From Armatimonadota bacterium (lineage in GTDB: Bacteria; Armatimonadota; Zipacnadia; JAUWAU01; JBHIEF01), in NCBI GenBank assembly GCA_046760465.1, contig JBHIEF010000002.1, forward strand, positions 1 to 45,179: a stretch of DNA of 45,179 nucleotides. The letters are read 5' to 3'. The notes below the pieces were generated by a model. That model saw only the letters and a program-made list of their open reading frames with translations. It was not told where the DNA came from and ran no database searches. Shown here in pieces: positions 31,874 to 39,803 of the stretch (position 1 is its first letter; each line of letters opens with the position of its first letter). Made by a program: the position numbers and the translations under genes.

Positions 31874-32299
31874 GTGAACTGCCGACTCGAACATGCCAAT
31901 ATCACGGTGCTGGACATTGACCGGGCCGTGGAGTTCCTGACCACAGCCTTCCCGCACTTCAGAGTGCGCGGTGGCGGCCAGAGCGATCACGGCACCTGGC
32001 GGCGGAAGTGGCTCCACGTGGGAACGGACTCCACGTACGTGGCCCTGGAGCAGACGACCATCGCCGCCAAGGCCGAGCGCAGGCCGGAGCGGGAGACGGG
32101 CATCAACCACGCGGGCTTCGAGGTGGATGACGTAGCTGACATCCTGCGCAAGATGGAGGCGGCCGGATACAAGGGCACCATGGCAGAGCCGCACCCGTTC
32201 CGCAAGAGGCTGTACGTTACCGACGCGGATGGGATCACGTGGGAGTTCGTCGAGTACCTCTCCGACGATCCGGCCGAGCGCAACGACTACTCACTCTGA
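31874..32299 (+). CDS. VOC / glyoxalase-bleomycin-resistance family protein
   Basis: 141 aa. LEHANITVLDIDRAVEFL and INHAGFEVDDVADILRKMEAAGY match the paired beta-alpha-beta-beta-beta modules of this family. GTG start follows AAGGAGGAG. Confidence 0.75.
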   Translation: MNCRLEHANITVLDIDRAVEFLTTAFPHFRVRGGGQSDHGTWRRKWLHVGTDSTYVALEQTTIAAKAERRPERETGINHAGFEVDDVADILRKMEAAGYKGTMAEPHPFRKRLYVTDADGITWEFVEYLSDDPAERNDYSL

Positions 32300-32352
32300 C
32301 GGCGGCCGGGCCGAGACCGGAGGGGTAGCCAGGGCTGGGGTGGTGGCGCCGG

Positions 32353-33168
32353 TCACGCTACCTCGGAGCCGACGCCTCGCCGCACGCCCTGCCGCTCCAG
32401 GCGGTCAATCACCTGCCCTGCGCAGATCAGCAGGGCTGCCTGATGTCCCGTCGGGGCAGATAGCGAGACCCAAGCCGCGCCCTCTCCCAGGGTCTCCATG
32501 ACCCTCACCACTACTGGCTGAGGCGGCTCCAGGCCCTGCAACGTTGTCTTGAGCTCGTCGGCGTCCAGCCAGTTCTCTGGTCTCGCGGACGGTGAGCGGA
32601 TGTCAACTGAGCGTGGGGAGATGGTGCAGGAGAGCCAGCCGTCGAGGGCAGATACGGTCACGGGCTCCTCGGAAGCGGCGCGGGCGGCCATCGCTTCCTG
32701 TGCGAGGGCAGAGGGGGCCTTCTGAGACCCGGCCATCTGGCCGTGGGACCTTGGCGAGAGGACCGAGAGCGCCCGTCTCCATAGGCTGGGCGCGGGGGCC
32801 TCGTCGGCCGGCGGCTCGACGGGTTCGTGCTCCAACTCCTCCGGCTGCTCCTGGACCCGCAGCTCAAGCCAGGTACGCCCGACGCGGATCCTGTCCCCCG
32901 GCCTGACGACGGTGGGCTCAGTCAACCGCTGCTGGCCCAAGTAGGTGCCGTTGGTGCTGCCCAGGTCCTCCAGGACCCACCCGTCACCGTCTTGCTGGAG
33001 GCGAGCATGATCCCTGGAGACACAAGCGTCCCACGACAGGCACACGTCGTTGGTGCAGCGGCGGCCAATGCTGACCACCGGTGCGGCCAGCGACACCTCG
33101 CCACCGGCCATCTCGTGATCTAGCACCACCAGCGTGCATTCAACTGGAGAACGCCTCGGCCCCCCCAT
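32353..33168 (-). CDS. FHA-domain protein with an unassigned C-terminal domain shared with the upstream phosphatase
   Basis: FHA core is VVSIGRRCTNDVCLSWDACVSRDHARLQQDGDGWVLEDLGSTNGTYLGQQRL...GDRIRVG. I chose the start at ATG 33168, which follows GGAGAAGG at a 4-nt spacing. The track start is GTG 33249, which has no SD. Confidence 0.8.
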   Translation of the reverse strand: MGGPRRSPVECTLVVLDHEMAGGEVSLAAPVVSIGRRCTNDVCLSWDACVSRDHARLQQDGDGWVLEDLGSTNGTYLGQQRLTEPTVVRPGDRIRVGRTWLELRVQEQPEELEHEPVEPPADEAPAPSLWRRALSVLSPRSHGQMAGSQKAPSALAQEAMAARAASEEPVTVSALDGWLSCTISPRSVDIRSPSARPENWLDADELKTTLQGLEPPQPVVVRVMETLGEGAAWVSLSAPTGHQAALLICAGQVIDRLERQGVRRGVGSEVA

Positions 33169-33255
33169 TGGACCTTCTCCTGCACGGCGCCGCTCGCGGG
33201 CGCCATGCCCGCGGTCGGGCATTTGCCGGCCGCGCCCCGGCGCCGTCACACGCGT

Positions 33256-34209
33256 CTACAGACCAGACAGCAGCACTTCCTCGTACACGCCGCCTCGCAC
33301 GAGGAGGTCCACTATCTGGCCCGTGGCGATCAACAGGCCGGCCTGCTTGCCGGGCGGGCAGGCGACCGTGATCCACGCCTCGGTCTCCTCGCCCAAGGTC
33401 TCCGTGAGCGTCACCGTCACTTCGTTGTCGGCCCGGAAGGTCCTCAAGGCGCCCTTCAGATCCTCGACCTTGGGGCCGCCTCCCGGAGCCGAGGGCAGCG
33501 ACCGCACGTCCACGGCCGACCCGTTGTCGCCCCACCTGAGATAACCTGTCGCGCGCTCTCTCGCCATCTTGGCCGTCCCTTCTTTCCGCAGCCACGTCTC
33601 CTGCTGCGCGGCGGGAGTCAACTCCGAATCACCGATTCTCGTGTCCGCTTCCTGTGCTGCATCACCGTCGTCGCCCGCGCTCGGCGCAGCCACCGAGCGG
33701 ACGGCGGCCTGCGCGGCCGCCCAGGCGAACACCGCCTCCACCTGCTCTTCGCTCTCGATCGAGCCGGGACGCTGCCGCCGCACCAGCGAGATGGCCTCCC
33801 GCGGGTCCGTGCCCTGGCTGACGAGGTAACAGGCTATGACGGTCCCGGTGCGGCCGAACCCGCCTATGCAGTGGACTGCGACCTTGCCGCCCCGGCGTAG
33901 CTCGGCCTCCACGGCCGACACGAACTTCCGTATCTGCTGCCGGCTGGGCGCGGACATGTAGTCAACCGGCAGGTGCAGGTGCCGCATGTCGGCCCGCTCG
34001 ACCTCGTCCAGGTCAGGAAGCTCCGGCACGACCGAGACTAGAAGCGTGACCCCCGCCTCACGCAGCCTGCGCAAGTCCCGTGCCGAAGGCAGGGCGGTGG
34101 CTGCGATCAGATCGGGGACGATCCAGTTCACGGTTGCTCGACGTGGGAAGAGTAACACTGACCTGTGCTCCACCGAGATGATAGTGCGAAGCGGGCCGCA
34201 CGGCCCCAA
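33256..34209 (-). CDS. Cys-based dual-specificity / PTP-type protein phosphatase with an unassigned C-terminal domain shared with the downstream FHA protein
   Basis: The P-loop VAVHCIGGFGRTGTVIACYL fits HCxxGxxR(S/T) within a DSP-like core of about 150 aa. The start is uncertain: the track gives TTG 34209, while GTG 34158 has GGAG 9 nt upstream. Confidence 0.8.
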   Translation of the reverse strand: MGPCGPLRTIISVEHRSVLLFPRRATVNWIVPDLIAATALPSARDLRRLREAGVTLLVSVVPELPDLDEVERADMRHLHLPVDYMSAPSRQQIRKFVSAVEAELRRGGKVAVHCIGGFGRTGTVIACYLVSQGTDPREAISLVRRQRPGSIESEEQVEAVFAWAAAQAAVRSVAAPSAGDDGDAAQEADTRIGDSELTPAAQQETWLRKEGTAKMARERATGYLRWGDNGSAVDVRSLPSAPGGGPKVEDLKGALRTFRADNEVTVTLTETLGEETEAWITVACPPGKQAGLLIATGQIVDLLVRGGVYEEVLLSGL

Positions 34210-34625
34210 CTGCGTCCCGCGCCCACATCCGGCCTTGAGAGGGGGCGCATTCGGGTTCTACCACGTCAGCGCCCGCAGCCCTACGGCGACGACCGCGCGT
34301 CTGGACGCTCGGGGCTCCGCAGGCCGAAGCCCCACGGAGCCGACGGGCAGACCCGGGCTGACGACCCGCCCCGCAGGCGCCGCCAGACGCGGATGGCGTG
34401 TGCGTCCCAACCGATGCTGCCGGGATCCTACGTCCGCTGGGGTGAATGCTGCCTCGTGGGATACTGCTGCCGCAGCGACGTGGCGTGGTTACTGGTCCAG
34501 CGTTTTGGCTACTTCGCCGCGGGCCCCGGCCTTCCTGCCTAGGGACGGTGACGAATCGGATGGCCCCTTGGCAGTGGCCCGCTCTCCACCGGGGAGGATG
34601 CCACGCCCGCCCGCAGAAGTCAAGG

Positions 34626-34659
34626 GCAGAGGCGAGCGGACGCGGCCCCTCGCCTCTGC
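34626..34659 (+). promoter_or_regulatory. Perfect 11-bp stem hairpin abutting the SD of the downstream oxidoreductase gene
   Basis: GCAGAGGCGAG (34626..34636) pairs perfectly with CTCGCCTCTGC (34649..34659) across a 12-nt loop. AGGAGG starts at 34661 and the ATG is at 34673. Confidence 0.35.
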
Positions 34660-34672
34660 TAGGAGGACCGAC

Positions 34673-35779
34673 ATGAGCATCAGCGTGGGCATCGTGGGTC
34701 TGGGGCAGTTCGGCACGCACTTCGTCAAGCTCTTCAGGGACCACCCGGACGTTGGTCGCCTGGCGCTGTGCGACCTGCGCGCCGACCGGGTGGCAGCATG
34801 CGCAGAGGAGTTCGGCATCGAGGAGGCCTACGGCAGCCTCGACGAGGCCTGCGCCGCAGACCTCGATGCCCTGGCCATCATCACGCAGCCGTGGCACCAC
34901 GCGGCACACGCCATACAGGCACTGGAGGCCGGCAAGCACGTCTACTGCGCGGTGCCGCCGGCCACGGCAGCCACGGGCGAGGAAGCGTTGGAGCAGTGCG
35001 ATCACCTGGTGAACACAGTCGAGCGTACCGGACAAACCTATATGCTGGGGGAGACGACCTTCTTCCGGCGCGAGACCATCTACTGCCGGGCGCGAGCGGC
35101 CGCGGGCGACTTCGGGGAGTTCGTGTATGCAGAGGGCGAGTACTTCCACGACATGTCACACGGGCTGTACGAGGTGGCGGAGAAGCGGTGGGGGGAGCAG
35201 TGGTCGCGGCACAAATCGGGCGGCGCACCCATGCACTACCCCACCCACTCCACCTCGGGCGTCGTCTCGGTAATGGGCGCGCATATGACGGAGGTCTCCG
35301 CGCAGGGCTATATCCACCCGAACGACGACTGGTTCCGCGCCGACACGGTCTCGGGCAACCTCTTCAGCAACGAGGTCGCGCTGTACCGCATGAGCAACGG
35401 CGCCCTGGCGCGAATATGCGAGTTTCGACGCATCGGCCACCCCGGCCGCGAGGGCTTTCGCATCTACGGAACCGAGGGGTCGTTCGAGAACGACGTTTCC
35501 GGCGCGAAGTGGGCCACCAAGAGCGGCTGGGAGCCGGTGGACCTCAGCAGCGTCTGCGAGCCGCTGCCACCGGCGTTGGCCGCCGACCTCGGCGGCCACG
35601 GTGGGTCACACGCCTACCTAGTGCACGAGTTCGTGGACGCGTGCACCCGCCCGCGGCTCCCGCGCATCAACGTGTGGGAGGCGATGCGGTACCTGGCGCC
35701 CGGCATCGCGGCCCACCAGTCGGCTCTGCGGGATGGAGAGGTCGTCAAGGTCGCCGACTGGGGCGACGCGCCCGAGTAG
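34673..35779 (+). CDS. Gfo/Idh/MocA family oxidoreductase, cytoplasmic
   Basis: ATG 34673 follows AGGAGG at a 6-nt spacing. The Rossmann N-terminus is MSISVGIVGLGQFGTHFVKLF. Track ORF residues 33986..34672 are Arg/Pro-rich and antisense to the phosphatase, so spurious. Confidence 0.85.
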   Translation: MSISVGIVGLGQFGTHFVKLFRDHPDVGRLALCDLRADRVAACAEEFGIEEAYGSLDEACAADLDALAIITQPWHHAAHAIQALEAGKHVYCAVPPATAATGEEALEQCDHLVNTVERTGQTYMLGETTFFRRETIYCRARAAAGDFGEFVYAEGEYFHDMSHGLYEVAEKRWGEQWSRHKSGGAPMHYPTHSTSGVVSVMGAHMTEVSAQGYIHPNDDWFRADTVSGNLFSNEVALYRMSNGALARICEFRRIGHPGREGFRIYGTEGSFENDVSGAKWATKSGWEPVDLSSVCEPLPPALAADLGGHGGSHAYLVHEFVDACTRPRLPRINVWEAMRYLAPGIAAHQSALRDGEVVKVADWGDAPE

Positions 35780-35871
35780 CGGCCCCGCCGCAGACTTCGC
35801 GCCCCTGGCCGCAGGCTGGGCCAACCACACGTTCCTCAGTTCGAGCAGGTGAAGGCCCGTGAGCCGTCCGC

Positions 35872-35900
35872 TTGACAGGGGAGACAACATGCGCTAGTAT
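35872..35900 (+). promoter_or_regulatory. Near-consensus sigma70-type promoter of the marR-efflux operon (TTGACA-N17-TAGTAT)
   Basis: TTGACA lies at 35872..35877 and TAGTAT at 35895..35900, separated by exactly 17 nt. It opens a strikingly AT-rich island in an otherwise GC-rich window. A second -10-like TATAAAT at 35932..35938 would give a nearly leaderless marR transcript. Confidence 0.55.
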
Positions 35901-35935
35901 ATTTCGGAGTACCAAATATTCGAATACCGAATATA
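35898..35935. promoter_or_regulatory. Candidate MarR operator: nested inverted repeats
   Basis: TATATTTCGG (35898..35907) faces CCGAATATA (35927..35935), an inverted repeat with one extra T. A perfect 10-bp palindrome TATTCGAATA lies at 35917..35926. The site sits between or over the -10 elements and before the marR ATG at 35950. Confidence 0.5.
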
Positions 35936-35949
35936 AATGGCAGCCCATC

Positions 35950-36438
35950 ATGGGTACGTCGCGGGGACAGCTCGTTGAGGAGATCGCCGACCTGCTGCCG
36001 GCGATCATGCGCTGCCTGTTTGCGGGGAGGGGCGAGTCGGCGCCGCATCTAGATATCACCGTCGGTGAGCTCCGCTGCCTGGCCACTATCGGCCACCTGG
36101 GGAAGCCCTCCATGACGGACCTCTCCGACCGGCTGTACCTTCAGCCCAGCACGGTCACCGGACTGGTGGACGCCCTGGTAGACCGAGGCCTTGTGGACCG
36201 GTATGCCGACCCCGAGGATCGGCGCGTGGTGCGGGTGGGGCTGACGCCCGAGGGCAGGCGGCGCCGAGCGCAGCATCGGACGGCGAAACGCCGGCGACTG
36301 ATGGCCGCGCTGGCAGATGTCAACAGCGACGAGCTACGCAGCATCCGCGCCGCTCTACACACGCTGCACGCAGCGGCTCTGCGCGCTGCCGAGACCCGAG
36401 AGCGCGCGGACGGGCCTGCCGAGGAGGAGAACGAATGA
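35950..36438 (+). CDS. MarR family transcriptional regulator
   Basis: Winged-helix region is LTVGELRCLATIGHLGKPSMTDLSDRLYLQPSTVTGLVDALVDRGLVDRYADPEDRRVVRVGLTPEGRR. The first in-frame ATG is at 35950. The track ORF start, TTG 35872, is the -35 hexamer itself. Confidence 0.85.
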   Translation: MGTSRGQLVEEIADLLPAIMRCLFAGRGESAPHLDITVGELRCLATIGHLGKPSMTDLSDRLYLQPSTVTGLVDALVDRGLVDRYADPEDRRVVRVGLTPEGRRRRAQHRTAKRRRLMAALADVNSDELRSIRAALHTLHAAALRAAETRERADGPAEEENE

Positions 36439-37829
36439 GTCGAAGCAGTCGCTGGGGATGGGCACAGGGCGCACCTGGCCTGGTTCTGCTGGTCTCGGCG
36501 ATGATGGCCGCGGCTCCGCTGCCCGCCCAGGAAGACGGCCGGCCTCCGTCGCTGCCCGAGGCGTTCTCAGACGGCCCTCTGACCATTGACGAGGCCGTGG
36601 CCATCGGCCTGGCCCGCCACCCGGTGGTGTCAATGGCCCGGCACGGCGTGAAGGCAGCGCGCGGCGGCACTATGCAGACGCGCAGCCAATTCCTGCCCTC
36701 TCTGGGCTTCCGCTCCGACTACACTCGATCCATGAGCACCGGCGTGGCCATCGTGGGGGGCGTGCCGGTGGGGGGAACGACCAGGCGGACGGCCACTCAG
36801 TACGCAACGAGCTTCCAGGCACAGCAGTTGCTGTTTGACTTCGGCCGCACCAGCGACGAGTACCGCCAGAGCCGCCTGGTGGAGAGGGCGACGGTCCACC
36901 AGCTCGCGCAGACCGAGGACGACGTCAGGGACAACGTTCGGCAAGCCTTCGTCGCGCTGCTGGCCAACAAGGAGCTGCTGGAGGTGGCGCGCTACGGGGA
37001 ACGGCTTCAGGAGGAGACCCTGGCGCTGACCATGGGGCAGTTCGAGGGAGGCCTGGTGCCGGAGGCCGACGTGGCCAAGGCCGCCAGCGCTCTGGCCGCG
37101 GCGCGGCTGGAGGTGACCGCTGCGGAGAACGCCGTGGCGCAGACGCAGGTGGCCCTCAACGAGACGATGGGCCTTGACATCCGTACTCAGTACGAGGTCG
37201 CGGCCCCCCCGGCGCTAGAGCAGCCGCCGCCGGCCCTCGACGAACTGCTGGCCGTCGCCATGGCGCGGCGGCCCGAGATCCTGGCGGCGCAGGCCGACGC
37301 CCAGGCGGCCGCGGCGGGCCTGCGGGCGGCCAAAAAGGGCCATGCGCCCGGCCTCAGCGTGGCCGCGTCGTACGGGTGGCGCGAACCGGAGTTCCCGCCA
37401 TCGCTGACGCAGTGGAACGTCGGGGTGGCACTCAACCTGAACGTCTTCGACGGCGCCTTCACCGAGGGGCGCAGGAAGCAGGCACAGGCCGACCGCAACG
37501 CGGCGCGAGACGCGCTGTACATGACTCAGCAGCTCGTGGCGGAGGAGACTGCCCAGAGCCTGCTCGACCTGCGGACGGCGGAGGAGCAGATCACTGCCGC
37601 TGAGGCCAGCGTTGCCAGCGCCGAGGAGGACCTGCGCCTGGCCCAGGGACGCTACCTCGCCCAGGTGGGGATACTGCTGGAGATACTGGACGCGCAGGCG
37701 GCGCTGATCGCAGCTCGGACCGCGCTGGCACAGGCTCGTTTCGCGTACGCATCAGCCCGCTACGCGCTCGAGCGCGCCATCGGCGCCCCCCTGGCGGAGG
37801 TCGGCGCGGCAACCGAGGAGGCGCCGTAG
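36435..37829 (+). CDS. TolC-family outer membrane efflux protein
   Basis: 464 aa with a signal peptide (GLVLLVSAMMAAAPLPAQE). It has the two-repeat OEP architecture with long Ala/Leu/Gln/Glu helices. An ATGA overlap links it to the marR stop, and GAGGAGGAGA lies upstream. Confidence 0.8.
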   Translation: MSRSSRWGWAQGAPGLVLLVSAMMAAAPLPAQEDGRPPSLPEAFSDGPLTIDEAVAIGLARHPVVSMARHGVKAARGGTMQTRSQFLPSLGFRSDYTRSMSTGVAIVGGVPVGGTTRRTATQYATSFQAQQLLFDFGRTSDEYRQSRLVERATVHQLAQTEDDVRDNVRQAFVALLANKELLEVARYGERLQEETLALTMGQFEGGLVPEADVAKAASALAAARLEVTAAENAVAQTQVALNETMGLDIRTQYEVAAPPALEQPPPALDELLAVAMARRPEILAAQADAQAAAAGLRAAKKGHAPGLSVAASYGWREPEFPPSLTQWNVGVALNLNVFDGAFTEGRRKQAQADRNAARDALYMTQQLVAEETAQSLLDLRTAEEQITAAEASVASAEEDLRLAQGRYLAQVGILLEILDAQAALIAARTALAQARFAYASARYALERAIGAPLAEVGAATEEAP

Positions 37830-37916
37830 CGCGACAAAGGCCACCCTCCGTCGGCCAACCGGCGGGGCGGCTACAGTCGTCACCCGCAGCGCGGGTAGGT
37901 ACTAGAGGAGCGTCCT

Positions 37917-39800
37917 ATGAGAAGGCGACTGAGACGCGTGCGTTGGCTGCTGCCGGTCGTGGTGGTGGCAGGAGTGGTCGCATTCTACTTCTGGCGGCGC
38001 GCAGCGGGCGACGAGGCCGTGCCGCTGAGGACGGCCAAGGTAGAGCGGCGCGACGTGGTGGTCGCGGTGTCGGCGGTCGGCGTGCTGGAGCCCCTCACCA
38101 CGGTGGAGGTCAAGGCCAACGTGGCCGGCGAGATCGTAGAGCTGGCGGTGGACCGCGGCGACTGGGTCGCCGCGCAAGACCTCATCGCGCGGGTTGACCC
38201 CACGGAGACCCGCAGTGCCTATGACCAAGCGCAGGCAGATGTGGCGGCGGCCCTCGCCCGCGTGCAGGAGAGCATGGCGGAGCTGGAGCGACAGGAGAGG
38301 CTGACGCCCGCCCAGATCCGCGCCGCCGAGGACGCGCTGGAGGCGGCCTCCGCCCGCACCAAGCAGGCGGAAAGCACGCTGGCCTACCAGCGCAAGACCA
38401 CGGCGGCCGACATACGACGGGCCCAGGAAGCCTTGGCAGCGGCGGAGGCCAGACTCCACCAAGCCGAAGCCCTGGCCAAGGCCCAGCCGGAGCTGACGCA
38501 GGCGGCCATCGAGCAGGCGACCGCCGAACTCCGAGCCGCAGAGGAGGCCCGCAAGCGGCTCGTGAACGCCACGCAGCCGCAGGAGCGAGCGACGGCCAAG
38601 TCCCAGATCGAAGCCGCCAGGATAGCCCGAGACAACGATGCCAAGGCCCTGAAGCGACTGCGCGACCTCCACGCCCAGGGATTCGTTGCCCAGCAACAGG
38701 TCGAGGACGCCGAGAAGGCCCTGGCCGACTCTGACGACCGCTTCGAGAGCGCCAAGGCAGCGTACGACACCCTCGACCAGAAGCACGCCACGGAGCGCAA
38801 GGAGGCGGAGGCCACGGTGGAGCGGGCCCAGGCGGCCCTGAGCTCGGCGCGCACGGGCGAGGTGGAGGACCAGGTTGCCCAACAAGAGCTGGAAGCGGCG
38901 AAGGCGGCGGTCCGCGAGGCGGAGGCGGCCCTGGCCGCCGCAGAGGCCAGCAAGCAGCAAGATGAGGTGAGGTTGCAGGAATTGCGGGCCGCCAAGGCCG
39001 CGGCCGACGAGGCGCGCTCGCAGCTCGCCGTGGCCAAGGCTGGCGCGCTCCAGGCCCAAGTCTCCGCCCATCAGGTCGCGCAGGCGAGGGCCCAGACCCG
39101 CCGCTCAGCGGCCCAGTTGGAGAACGCCCGTAAGAACCTGGCCTACACCACCATCCGCGCGCCGCGCAGCGGCCTGGTCATAGACCGGTTCGTGGAAGAG
39201 GGCACGGTCATCACCTCCGGCCGCTCCGCCATCACGCAGGGGACCAGCATCGTCACCCTGGCAGACGTCAGCCGCATGTTCGTCCTGGCCGAGGTAGATG
39301 AGGCAGATATCGGCCAGGTGGCGCTGGGGCAGCTCGTGGCCATCGAGGTCGAGACCTTCGAGGATGAGGTCTTCCCCGGCAAGGTAACGCAGATCTACCC
39401 GCGCGGCGAGGAGATCGAGAACGTGACCATCTTCCGGGTCCGCATAGAGCTGGACGATCCGGACCCCAGGCTGCGTCCCGGCATGACGGCGGAGGCCTCC
39501 ATCATGATCGAGCGGAGCGACGACGTCCTGGCCGCGCCCAACGAGGCCTTCTACCAGCAGCAGGGGAAGACGTTCGCGGAGGTCGTCGAGGATGGGGAGA
39601 TAGAGGAGGTCGAGGTGGAGACGGGCATAGCCAGCTTCGAATGGACCGAAGTCAAGGCCGGGCTGGAGGAGGGCCAGGAGGTAGTCATCGGCAGCGCCGG
39701 GCCCTGGATGGGGCAGGAGCAGCCGCCCGGTGGCGGGGGTTCCGAGGACCGGCGGCGACAGCAGCGCCGCATGATGTTCATGGGCGGAAGGAGGCGCTGA
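37917..39800 (+). CDS. HlyD/MacA-family periplasmic adaptor (membrane fusion protein) with a greatly extended coiled-coil hairpin
   Basis: N-terminal TM segment is WLLPVVVVAGVVAFYF. The split lipoyl halves are VEVKANVAGEIVELAVDRGDWV and TIRAPRSGLVIDRFVEEGTVI. About 300 residues of Ala/Glu/Gln/Arg heptad-like sequence separate them. Beta-barrel and MP domains and a basic Gly/Arg tail follow. Confidence 0.85.
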   Translation: MRRRLRRVRWLLPVVVVAGVVAFYFWRRAAGDEAVPLRTAKVERRDVVVAVSAVGVLEPLTTVEVKANVAGEIVELAVDRGDWVAAQDLIARVDPTETRSAYDQAQADVAAALARVQESMAELERQERLTPAQIRAAEDALEAASARTKQAESTLAYQRKTTAADIRRAQEALAAAEARLHQAEALAKAQPELTQAAIEQATAELRAAEEARKRLVNATQPQERATAKSQIEAARIARDNDAKALKRLRDLHAQGFVAQQQVEDAEKALADSDDRFESAKAAYDTLDQKHATERKEAEATVERAQAALSSARTGEVEDQVAQQELEAAKAAVREAEAALAAAEASKQQDEVRLQELRAAKAAADEARSQLAVAKAGALQAQVSAHQVAQARAQTRRSAAQLENARKNLAYTTIRAPRSGLVIDRFVEEGTVITSGRSAITQGTSIVTLADVSRMFVLAEVDEADIGQVALGQLVAIEVETFEDEVFPGKVTQIYPRGEEIENVTIFRVRIELDDPDPRLRPGMTAEASIMIERSDDVLAAPNEAFYQQQGKTFAEVVEDGEIEEVEVETGIASFEWTEVKAGLEEGQEVVIGSAGPWMGQEQPPGGGGSEDRRRQQRRMMFMGGRRR

Positions 39801-39803
39801 GGG

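Noticed and set aside
32353-32646. Assignment of the shared FHA/phosphatase C-terminal module to PilZ (c-di-GMP binding), because of VD[IV]RS and nearby Arg residues.
   Set aside because: The PilZ signatures RRxxxR and (D/N)xSxxG are not actually satisfied in either copy. I left the module unassigned pending a profile search.
33160-33166. G7 homopolymer (C7 on the + strand) that includes the G of the FHA gene's ATG. I considered it as a slipped-strand phase-variation switch.
   Set aside because: Seven residues is short for a contingency tract, and such runs are common by chance in GC-rich DNA. There is no second in-frame or out-of-frame arrangement that would make switching meaningful.
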